Position numbers and translations under genes: made by a program
Notes under the pieces: model-generated
What the model was told of the DNA's origin: nothing
Seen by the model: the letters and a program-made list of their open reading frames with translations, nothing else
The model's database searches: none
Shown here: one piece after another, positions 1-10,261 of the stretch
How positions within the stretch are numbered: the first letter of the stretch is position 1
Layout of the letters: each line of letters starts with the position of its first letter
Assembly (NCBI GenBank): GCA_045863395.1
Contig: BTVJ01000012.1
Location: 32,001 to 96,000, forward strand
Length of the DNA stretch: 64,000 bases
Reading direction: 5' to 3'
Source: Myxococcales bacterium
Lineage (GTDB): Bacteria > Myxococcota_A > UBA9042 > JABWCM01 > BTVJ01

Positions 1-1
1 G

Positions 2-355
2 CGGTCGGAGCGCAGCGGCGTGGTGACCCGCGTGCTCATCGAGGTCGGCGTGGCCGGAGAAGCGCAAAAGAGCGGGTGCTCCCCCAGCGACCTGCCCTGG
101 CTCTCCCGTCATGTGATGGCGTCCCCTGGCCTCGAGCTGTGTGGTCTGATGACCGTCGCCCCCGACGTCGAGGACCCGGAGGAGGTGCGGCCCGTGTTTC
201 GAGCCCTGCGCCAGCTCCGGGACCGGCTGCGCAGCGAGGACCCGCGGGGGGCGGTCACGGAGCTGAGCATGGGGATGTCGGGGGACCTGGAGGTCGCCGT
301 GGAGGAAGGGGCGACCCTCGTGCGCGTCGGCACGGCGCTGTTCGGCGTCCGATGA
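2..355 (+). CDS. yggS: YggS/PLP-binding protein, C-terminal part (5' truncated by window)
   Basis: Motifs QKSG, GLMT, ELSMGMSGD, EEGATLVRVGTALFG. Confidence 0.93.
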   Translation, partial: RSERSGVVTRVLIEVGVAGEAQKSGCSPSDLPWLSRHVMASPGLELCGLMTVAPDVEDPEEVRPVFRALRQLRDRLRSEDPRGAVTELSMGMSGDLEVAVEEGATLVRVGTALFGVR

Positions 356-978
356 ACCCGCTGGCGGAGCTTCCCCGCGCCCTCTCGGACCTGTACGGCA
401 CGGACCCCCGCGGGCGGTGGATGCTGCAGCGCGCGGGCCTGCCCGGTGCTCCCGCGGACGGCCACGAGGCCCTGGCGATCTGGACGCAGGTCACCCTGAC
501 GGCCATGTTGCGGGGACGCCTGCTCCCGCTCCTGACCGCCGTGCTCCAGGACCACCCTGATCACCCGGTGGTCGTGGCCGCCATCCTCGAGGTCCAGACC
601 CGCATCGTGCGACGGCGGCGGCGGCGCCTCGCCTGGTTCTTCGGAGTCGGGATCCTGATGGGGGGAGCGCTCGCAGCCCTCGTGGAGCTTCCGCGGGCGG
701 GGCGCGTCGAGGGGCGCGTGCTCGGACTGCCCCTGGATCTGGCAACAGAGGCCACGGTGCGCATCGATGGCTGCCTGCGCGCCGAGCCCGTATCGCCGAA
801 CGGCGCCTTCGCCCTGTCGTGCCCCCGCCTCGACAAGGACGTCGATCAGGTCCTGGTGTTGGAGGTGGCTGGGGCTGTGGGGGAGGCCCCCCTGCCCTCC
901 GGGGTGCTCACGAGCTCCCCACTGCGGGTCGCGTTCTCCCCCCGGGGAGCCCGCCTGCGCCCCCCCGGGCTCCGCTGA
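352..978 (+). CDS. Membrane protein with N-terminal effector-associated domain 1 (EAD1)-like helical domain, one TM helix and a C-terminal beta-rich domain
   Basis: ATG at 352 overlaps the yggS stop (ATGA); N-terminus LPRALSDLYG..RWMLQRAGL..W..V..A..RGRLLPLLTAVLQDHPDHP; poly-Arg then hydrophobic TM segment. Confidence 0.6.
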   Translation: MNPLAELPRALSDLYGTDPRGRWMLQRAGLPGAPADGHEALAIWTQVTLTAMLRGRLLPLLTAVLQDHPDHPVVVAAILEVQTRIVRRRRRRLAWFFGVGILMGGALAALVELPRAGRVEGRVLGLPLDLATEATVRIDGCLRAEPVSPNGAFALSCPRLDKDVDQVLVLEVAGAVGEAPLPSGVLTSSPLRVAFSPRGARLRPPGLR

Positions 979-994
979 CCGTCGCGGAGGTGGG

Positions 995-2038
995 CTAGAG
1001 CCCCGTGCAGTCCTGGTGCTGCGACGAGCAGTCGTGGTTCTTCGCGAAGTCCTTGCAGGCGAAGTCCGGCGTGGTCCCGCAGGACTGCTCCAGGCACGCC
1101 CAGTAGCGGGCCGCCGCGAGCTGATCGTGCAGCTTGGCCTGCCCGAGGCATGCATAGATGCAGGCGTCATTTCCCTCGCAGGGGAGGACGCAGTCATCGA
1201 AGACCGCGATGCAGGTCTTGGTGCCGGCGGGGGCGCAGGTCTCCGCCTGAGACTTGCACGAGGCGGCGTCGCCGATCTTGTCCAAGCGACATGACTGCGT
1301 GACCGGCGAGGGGCACTTGCCGCCGAGGCAGCTCTGAAGGGCCTCGAACTGGCCCTGCGCCGCGCCATCGCCCAGGTAGCCACAGCCGTCACGGCAGTCG
1401 GCGGTCCCGCACATGAGGTCGCAGTACCAGATGTGCGCACAGGTGCCATCGCCCGCCGTGCATGCATCGAAGGAGTCCGCGCACTTGTCTGCGAGGCAGG
1501 GCGCGAGATCGTCGCCCGTCGCCGTGGAGCAGTTGGCGGTGTAGCAATCGAGCAGCGCGCTGAACTCGGCGCCCTCCGCCTCGTTCTTCGCACCGCCGAT
1601 GCACCCGGCGATGCAGGCGCCATCCGCGCTGTCGCAGCCGAGGGCGCAGAGCATCACCTGGCCGCAGACCATGCCCTCCTCCACCGGCGGCGTGGCCGTG
1701 TCCGCCGTGCCGCCGGTGTCCGTCGTGCCGCCGGTGTCCGTCGTGCCGCCGCCGGTGTCCGTCGTGCCGCCGCCCGTGTCCGTCGTGCCGCCCGTGTCCG
1801 TCGTGCCGCCCCCGGTGTCCGTCGTGCCGCCGCCCGTGTCCGCCGCGCCGCCGCCGGTGTCCGCCGTGCCGCCGCCGGTGTCCGCCGTGCCGCCCGTATC
1901 CGCCGTGCCGCCCGTGTCCGCAACCGAGGCGTCGCCGCCTCCCGACGTGTCGTCGCCGCTGTCGCACGCCGCGCCGCCGAGGGCGACCATCGACCACACC
2001 GCCGCGGCGCCGGCAATCCGAATGAATCCGCTCTTCAT
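995..2038 (-). CDS. Cys-rich lipoprotein with (T/A)DTGG(G) low-complexity stalk
   Basis: RBS GAGGAGG upstream, lipobox-like GGAAC, DTGG repeats, C-terminal Cys-rich helical repeats. Confidence 0.8.
   Translation of the reverse strand: MKSGFIRIAGAAAVWSMVALGGAACDSGDDTSGGGDASVADTGGTADTGGTADTGGGTADTGGGAADTGGGTTDTGGGTTDTGGTTDTGGGTTDTGGGTTDTGGTTDTGGTADTATPPVEEGMVCGQVMLCALGCDSADGACIAGCIGGAKNEAEGAEFSALLDCYTANCSTATGDDLAPCLADKCADSFDACTAGDGTCAHIWYCDLMCGTADCRDGCGYLGDGAAQGQFEALQSCLGGKCPSPVTQSCRLDKIGDAASCKSQAETCAPAGTKTCIAVFDDCVLPCEGNDACIYACLGQAKLHDQLAAARYWACLEQSCGTTPDFACKDFAKNHDCSSQHQDCTGL
1697..1921 (-). repeat. Coding tandem repeat of 18/21-nt units encoding DTGG(G)T(T/A), 11 DTGG units plus a final DT
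   Basis: Repeated gtgtccg(t/c)cgtgccgcc(gcc) on the + strand. Confidence 0.9.
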
Positions 2039-2056
2039 GAACATCCTCCTCAGTGT

Positions 2057-2077
2057 CGTCCCCGGTCACCGGGGACG
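2057..2077. promoter_or_regulatory. Perfect inverted repeat (10-bp arms) just upstream of the lipoprotein RBS
   Basis: CGTCCCCGGT-C-ACCGGGGACG. Confidence 0.45.
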
Positions 2078-2214
2078 TTGGGCTCCATATGTGCGAAGAG
2101 CCCGCCGGGAGACGCGCAGTCGCGCGCTCCGGCAGGCTCCCTTGGCGTCATGGAGGGCCGGCCCGTCCTCCCGGCGAGGTCGCTCGGTCGGCAGGGTCGG
2201 CCCCGGGCTCGCTC

Positions 2215-3933
2215 CTACTGGCAAACAGAGGCGTCCGCGCAGTCCTCGTCGTCGCAGTCGGTCTTCTCGTCTCCGTCGTCATCCTGGCCATTGTCGCAGA
2301 TCTCGTCCGGGATGCAGGCCGGGAACGCTGCGCAGTCGGTGTCGGCGCAGTCGATGGCTCCGTCGCCGTCGTCGTCCGTCGTGTTGTCGCAGATCTCCGC
2401 CACGACCTTGCAGGTCGCGTGGTCCGCGCAATCGCTGTCGGCGCAGTCGATGGCGCTGTCGCCGTCGTTGTCGATCTTGTCCGTGCAGTTCTCGACGGGA
2501 GCGACGGTGTAGCCACAGGCGGTCGCCTCGGCCGCGCACTCGTTGGCCAGCGAGGCCTCCACGCACGCGGTCGTGATCGCGTCCGCCGTCGTGCCGCAGG
2601 CGCCGATCGCGCAGGCGAACACGTCGCTCACCGTGGCCAGCGCGGCGGCGCTCATGTTGGTGAGGCAGCCGTCGATGCAGGTGGAGGCGTTGTTGCCGAA
2701 GCCGCCGCAGCCGATGATGCAGTCGGTCGTCGTGTTGCAGCCCTCGGCGCCCGTCCAGTCGACGCCGCAGGAGCCCATCACGTCGGAGCACGCCAGGAAG
2801 GAGGCGACCAGGCAGTCAGTGCTGTCCGCCTTGCCATCGTCGTCCGCGTCGCACAGGCCGAAGCGGCAGCCGTCCCAGTTGAACAGGTCGTAGGCGCCCT
2901 GCGACGAGAGGCTGCGGATGCAGTCGCGCTGGCAGTCCTGGTCACCGGTCGGGCAGTCCACGTAGCAGCCGAAGAAGCCCTCGGCGCAGGTGGCATCGCC
3001 GTTGTAGAGGCACTGGGTGGCCTCGGGCAGGCACGCGTCGAAGTAGCAGGACGACAGGTCCTCCTCCTGCGACAGGCCCTGGCACTCGGCGGTCGTACAG
3101 TCGACGAGCGCCTGCTTGTTCGCCTTCGGGTCCTTGCTCGGGGGGGTCGTGTCGCCGCAGCCGAAGAAGCAGCCCGCATACTCATTGAGGCACTGCCCGA
3201 CGTAGCACGACTCGAAGGCGTCGCCGCTCACCTGGGCGCAGTTGGCGCTCAGGCACTGCTGCCAGTTGCCCCAGGCGGTCTGCGTGTCCAGGGTCAGCTC
3301 GCCCAGGCACCCGTTGTAGCAGTCCTGGTCGCCGTAGCAGGTCTGGAGGCACGGGCCCGTGCCCTCGCCCTCGGGGCAGTCGACGCCGAGGGTGCAGTCG
3401 CAGCCGACCTCGATGAGGCAGACGTACATGTTGTTGCAGGTCTCGGGCGAGTCGTCGCAGACGGCAGCCGCAGCGCAGTCCGAGTCGTCGCAGTCGACGT
3501 CCCCGTCACCGTCGTTGTCCTTCTCGTCGTCGCAGTCCTCGACGCAGGCCGGGCTCGTGGAGCAGTCGCTGTCCTCACAGTCGATCTTGCCGTCGCCGTC
3601 GTCGTCCTTGCCGTTGATGCAGTTCTCCTGCGTGCCGGTGCCGCCGCCGTCGTCGCCACCGCCGACGTCGGTCCCGCCGGTGCCGCCCGTGTCCGTGGTG
3701 CCGCCGCCCGTGTCCGTGGTGCTGCCGCCGCCCGTGTCCCCGGCAGTGGCACTGTCGCCGCCGCCGCCCGTGGTGTCGGAGCCGCCGGTCGTGTCCGAGC
3801 CGCCGCCGCCGCCGTTGCCGCCCTCACCGCCGTCGTCCGAGCCGCAGCCCGCCGTTGCCAGCGCCAGGGCCGCCATCAGCATGATGGCGGTCGAGCCGAG
3901 GCGCTTCGCCGCGTTCATCGCTCTCATCTTCAT
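2215..3933 (-). CDS. Cys-rich lipoprotein with DTGG stalk and five ExCxxxxDxDGDxxxDCxDxDC Ca-binding-like repeats
   Basis: Lipobox ATAGC; two repeats (ENCINGKDDDGDGKIDCEDSDC-type) before and three after a central Cys-rich helical region. Confidence 0.82.
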   Translation of the reverse strand: MKMRAMNAAKRLGSTAIMLMAALALATAGCGSDDGGEGGNGGGGGSDTTGGSDTTGGGGDSATAGDTGGGSTTDTGGGTTDTGGTGGTDVGGGDDGGGTGTQENCINGKDDDGDGKIDCEDSDCSTSPACVEDCDDEKDNDGDGDVDCDDSDCAAAAVCDDSPETCNNMYVCLIEVGCDCTLGVDCPEGEGTGPCLQTCYGDQDCYNGCLGELTLDTQTAWGNWQQCLSANCAQVSGDAFESCYVGQCLNEYAGCFFGCGDTTPPSKDPKANKQALVDCTTAECQGLSQEEDLSSCYFDACLPEATQCLYNGDATCAEGFFGCYVDCPTGDQDCQRDCIRSLSSQGAYDLFNWDGCRFGLCDADDDGKADSTDCLVASFLACSDVMGSCGVDWTGAEGCNTTTDCIIGCGGFGNNASTCIDGCLTNMSAAALATVSDVFACAIGACGTTADAITTACVEASLANECAAEATACGYTVAPVENCTDKIDNDGDSAIDCADSDCADHATCKVVAEICDNTTDDDGDGAIDCADTDCAAFPACIPDEICDNGQDDDGDEKTDCDDEDCADASVCQ

Positions 3934-4041
3934 CGCTTCACTCCGTCCGGTTGAAGAAGACCCAAGAAAATCAACCACAACCCGCGGCCACCTGCGCGGC
4001 GTTCACCGGGGGCCTGGCGTCCAGGCATCGACAAGGGCGGG

Positions 4042-4070
4042 ACGCTAACCAACAAATTCCGTCCCGTCAA
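4042..4070 (-). promoter_or_regulatory. sigma70-type promoter for the lipoprotein genes
   Basis: TTGACG-N17-TAGCGT on the - strand. Confidence 0.6.
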
Positions 4071-4248
4071 GCATCTATGCGCCTTGAAGCGTGCAGGCCC
4101 GTTCGATTTCTCTGGTGCTGGGCCTGCACCCCTTCATGCACGAAGCGTCTTTGTCTCACAGCACGTCCAGGGCTTGAAGGGATCGATCCTTCCAGGCGCC
4201 ACTGCTCCCCGATCTCGCACCCAGTCCGTGCGGATTCAACGCCCCCTG

Positions 4249-4277
4249 TTGACGGCGTCCCCCCCGTCACCTAGCCT
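4249..4277 (+). promoter_or_regulatory. sigma70-type promoter for the radical SAM gene
   Basis: TTGACG-N17-TAGCCT, followed by a GGAGG RBS. Confidence 0.6.
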
Positions 4278-4308
4278 GCCGGGCCCACGGGATCCCTACG
4301 GAGGCACC

Positions 4309-7068
<2,760 letters not shown>

Positions 7069-7103
7069 CGCGAGCCCGGTGCCCGCGCCCCGGCGCCCGC
7101 TGC

Positions 7104-8624
7104 CTACGCCCACTCCGCCGCGAGGCGCGACGTCAGGTACCGCGACACGGTGATGATCGGCGTCATGGTGTGGCTCGACGCGCTGCTCGGGAACCCCGAC
7201 GAGTCGAAGGCGTAGACCCCTCGCGTGCCGTAGACCTGCCCTGCCGGGTCCGCCGCTCCGGCCCGCGGTGAGGACGCGAAACGCACCGACCCTTGTTGAT
7301 GCGCCGAGAGCAGCGGCGCGGTGGCGGGCAGAAACGGGATACGGTCCACTTGCACGAGGTCCGCCTCGCCGCGGATCACCACCGGGGGCACCACGGGGAC
7401 CACCACCTGCTCCGCCCCGGCCGCGAGGTAGGCCCGCGCCCCGGCCTTGACCGCAGCCCGCAAGCGCTCCTTGTGGTTGTCCTTGTGCTCGTAGTGGATG
7501 CGGGGACGCCCGTCGTCGTGCAGCTCGACGCGCCCGGAGGGCTCGTCCGGGACCAGCAGGAGCGACGCGGCGAGGCGCGGGTACAGCGTCATGAGCCGCT
7601 TCGCCTCGCCTCCGACGAACGGGAGCAGCGACGCGACGATGCCCGGCGTTCCCATGACCCCCTCGATGCGGAAGCCCCACAGCCCGTGGTCCGGGTCGTC
7701 GTCCCGCTCGAACTCGGTGAGGGCATAGGACTGGGGGATGCCCTCGAACGGGCGCACCTGCTCGCGGAACAGGGCCACGAGCGGGAGCTGGGGCTGGAGC
7801 ATCAGGTGCCGCCCCACCTGCTCGTTGCCGATGCCCGAGCGCAGCAGGAGCTGCGCCGTACCCACCGCGTTGGCCGCGATGACGACCACGCGCGCCCTCA
7901 CGGTCAGCCCGCCCCGCTCGTGGTAGCCCCTCGCGTCCAGCGCGCGGACCCGCACCCGCTTGAGCTCTGCGCTCGAATCGTCGATGCGCACCGCCCGCGC
8001 CCGGGTGAAGAAGCGCGCGCCGGCGGCAATGGCCGCAGGGATGGCCACGAAGCGCGGCCCCTGCTTCGCATCGACGGGGCAGCCGATGAGGCAGGTGCCG
8101 AGCCCCACACACCCGACCCGGTTGTGCATCATGACCTCGCCGCGCCACCCGTGGGCCTCCGCCCCGGCGCGGAGCAGGCCGTTGGCGCGGTTGACCATGT
8201 CCTCGGGGATGCGCGAGGCCCGCAGGTCCGCGAGCGCCGCCTCCACGTGGGGGCGCAGGGCGGCCTCCGTGAGATCCGTGAGCCCGTGGGCGCGGCGCCA
8301 GTGGGCCAGGACCCCCGCGGGGATGGGCACCACGTCGCCCATGTTGATGGCGGGGCCGCCCCCCAGCGCCCTCCCCTGCAGGACCGAGATGGCCAGATCA
8401 TCGGTCGCCCTGCCGCCCCGGTCCATGTAGAGCTGGTCGTACATGGCGGCCTCGCGCTGGGTGAGGCGGTCGCCCGTCAGGTCGCCGCCCTCCTCCAGCA
8501 CGATGACGTCCCGCCCTGCCTCCGCCAGCAGCCGGGCTGCCGTGCCGCCCCCGCAGCCCGATCCGACGACGCAGACCTCGCATGTGAGGTCGCCAGGCTC
8601 GGCGCTGGACAGGTCGACGATCAC
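7104..8624 (-). CDS. GMC family oxidoreductase (long-chain alcohol oxidase-like)
   Basis: VVGSGCGGG FAD motif, GRALGGGPAIN, GCVGLGTCLIGCP, SAHQQGS; GTG start overlaps the upstream stop. Confidence 0.85.
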   Translation of the reverse strand: MIVDLSSAEPGDLTCEVCVVGSGCGGGTAARLLAEAGRDVIVLEEGGDLTGDRLTQREAAMYDQLYMDRGGRATDDLAISVLQGRALGGGPAINMGDVVPIPAGVLAHWRRAHGLTDLTEAALRPHVEAALADLRASRIPEDMVNRANGLLRAGAEAHGWRGEVMMHNRVGCVGLGTCLIGCPVDAKQGPRFVAIPAAIAAGARFFTRARAVRIDDSSAELKRVRVRALDARGYHERGGLTVRARVVVIAANAVGTAQLLLRSGIGNEQVGRHLMLQPQLPLVALFREQVRPFEGIPQSYALTEFERDDDPDHGLWGFRIEGVMGTPGIVASLLPFVGGEAKRLMTLYPRLAASLLLVPDEPSGRVELHDDGRPRIHYEHKDNHKERLRAAVKAGARAYLAAGAEQVVVPVVPPVVIRGEADLVQVDRIPFLPATAPLLSAHQQGSVRFASSPRAGAADPAGQVYGTRGVYAFDSSGFPSSASSHTMTPIITVSRYLTSRLAAEWA

Positions 8625-9163
8625 GCGACGGGCCCCCCGTAGCCGAGGCGCGGCCACACCGCGGGCTGGTCATAGAAGACGAGGTACAGGAACTTGCGGA
8701 AGGCGACGGCCACCTTGCGCCGGGTCAGGCTGTCGCTGGTCATCCACCCCTCGAAGTGGGTGAGGCGCTCCTCCGGCGTGAGGTTCGAGAAGGTGCGGAA
8801 CCGGAGGTCGTAGAGCACGGGCCCGAACTCCAGCAGGTGGAGGGCCATCGCCAGATCGCTCTGGTTCTGCTCGGGCTCGTCGGCGAGGTACCCATCGAAG
8901 AGCCGGGCCATGTCGATGGTGCTCGCCCCCTCGGGGAAGGCGCCGCCATCGGGGAGGACCACGTGGGCGAGAGCGGTCAGCGTGCGGTAGCCGTGGTCCG
9001 AGAGGACGGTGAGGCCGTCGACGCTCGGGGCGCACCCACGCAGCGCCAGCAAGGACCCGCCCGTGGCGCCGGCCAGCGCCGTGACGCCGGCCAATCCCCG
9101 AAGCGTCCACTTCAGGAAGCGCCGCCGCGTCAGCCCTTGCGGGGTCCACGCTCCACCAGACAT
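8621..9163 (-). CDS. Tat-signal gluconate 2-dehydrogenase subunit 3-like partner protein
   Basis: LTRRRFLK twin-arginine motif; FSNLTPEER; C-terminal FYDQPAVWPRLGYGGP; coupled to the GMC gene. Confidence 0.75.
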   Translation of the reverse strand: MSGGAWTPQGLTRRRFLKWTLRGLAGVTALAGATGGSLLALRGCAPSVDGLTVLSDHGYRTLTALAHVVLPDGGAFPEGASTIDMARLFDGYLADEPEQNQSDLAMALHLLEFGPVLYDLRFRTFSNLTPEERLTHFEGWMTSDSLTRRKVAVAFRKFLYLVFYDQPAVWPRLGYGGPVA

Positions 9164-9284
9164 CCACCACCTCCGTGCGGGGCATGGTGCATGGCGCCGA
9201 GGGGAGCGTCAACGGTAGAGCGAGGGGCATCGAAGTCGGATCGGCCGGCACACCTGCGACAGCCCCCCAAGGGCCCTCGGCGCC

Positions 9285-10259
9285 TCAGTACGCCGAGGCG
9301 CGGCGCAGCGGCGTCACCTTTCCACCCTTGTCCGCCTTCTCGTCCTTCTTGCCCGTGACGATGGCGACGCTGGCGCTGGCGCCGATGCGGGTCGCGCCGG
9401 CCTCGATCATCTTCTTGGCGTCGTCGGTGGTGCGGACGCCGCCCGACGCCTTGACCTCCATCTCTGCCCCCACCACCTGCCGCATGAGCCGCACGTCCTC
9501 GACCGTGGCCCCGCCGGGGCCGAAGCCGGTGGACGTCTTGACGAAGGCGGCGCCCGCCACCTTGGAGAGGGCGCAGGAGATGATCTTCTCTTCCTGGTCG
9601 AGGCCCCCCGTCTCCAGGATGACCTTCACCGGGTGCGGGCGCGACGCCTCGACCACCTGCTGGATGTCGTCGAGGACGGTCGCGTAGTCCCGCGACTTGA
9701 GGGCCCCGATGTTGATGACCATGTCGATCTCGGTGGCGCCGTCCCGGATGGCCTCCTTGGCCTCGAAGGCCTTGGCCCGGGCGCTGGTCGCCCCGAGGGG
9801 GAAGCCCACGACCGTGCACACGCCCACGCTGCTCCCGCGGAGCTGCCCGGCGCAGTAGCGCACGTTGGAGGGGTTCACGCACACCGTCGCGAACTGGAAC
9901 TGCCGCGCCTCGGCGCACAGCTTGGCGAGCTGGTCCCGCGTCGCGTCGGCCTTGAGGAGCGTGTGATCGATGTGGCGCGCCAGATCGTGGTCCACCGCGC
10001 CGATGTCCGGGGCAGCTCCGACCCGTGCGGCGCCGTTCTGGACGATGGCGCGCACGTCCACGGGGCGCCGCCGAGCGCTCCACCCGCAGCCCGTGCACTC
10101 GTGCTTTCCCGCCTTGCAGGGCCCGTCCCCATGGCCGTGGCCATGGCCGTGGGCGGGCGCTGCCTTGCCGGTCAGCTGCGCCTTGACGCGCTCCGCGATG
10201 ACCTCGACGAGGCGGTCCATGTCTCCGCCCTGGTCTCCCTGCGAACCCCGCTGCGACAT
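9285..10259 (-). CDS. deoC: Deoxyribose-phosphate aldolase with ~90-aa N-terminal extension (encapsulation-peptide-like helix, His-rich linker, Cys cluster)
   Basis: IDHTLLK, VVGFPLG, GATEIDMVIN, VKVILET, FVKTSTGF, VKASGG, GATRIGAS. Confidence 0.95.
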   Translation of the reverse strand: MSQRGSQGDQGGDMDRLVEVIAERVKAQLTGKAAPAHGHGHGHGDGPCKAGKHECTGCGWSARRRPVDVRAIVQNGAARVGAAPDIGAVDHDLARHIDHTLLKADATRDQLAKLCAEARQFQFATVCVNPSNVRYCAGQLRGSSVGVCTVVGFPLGATSARAKAFEAKEAIRDGATEIDMVINIGALKSRDYATVLDDIQQVVEASRPHPVKVILETGGLDQEEKIISCALSKVAGAAFVKTSTGFGPGGATVEDVRLMRQVVGAEMEVKASGGVRTTDDAKKMIEAGATRIGASASVAIVTGKKDEKADKGGKVTPLRRASAY

Positions 10260-10261
10260 GC

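Noticed and set aside
1697..1921. Regular short repeats resembling a CRISPR array
   Set aside because: No unique spacers, in-frame coding units and no cas genes.
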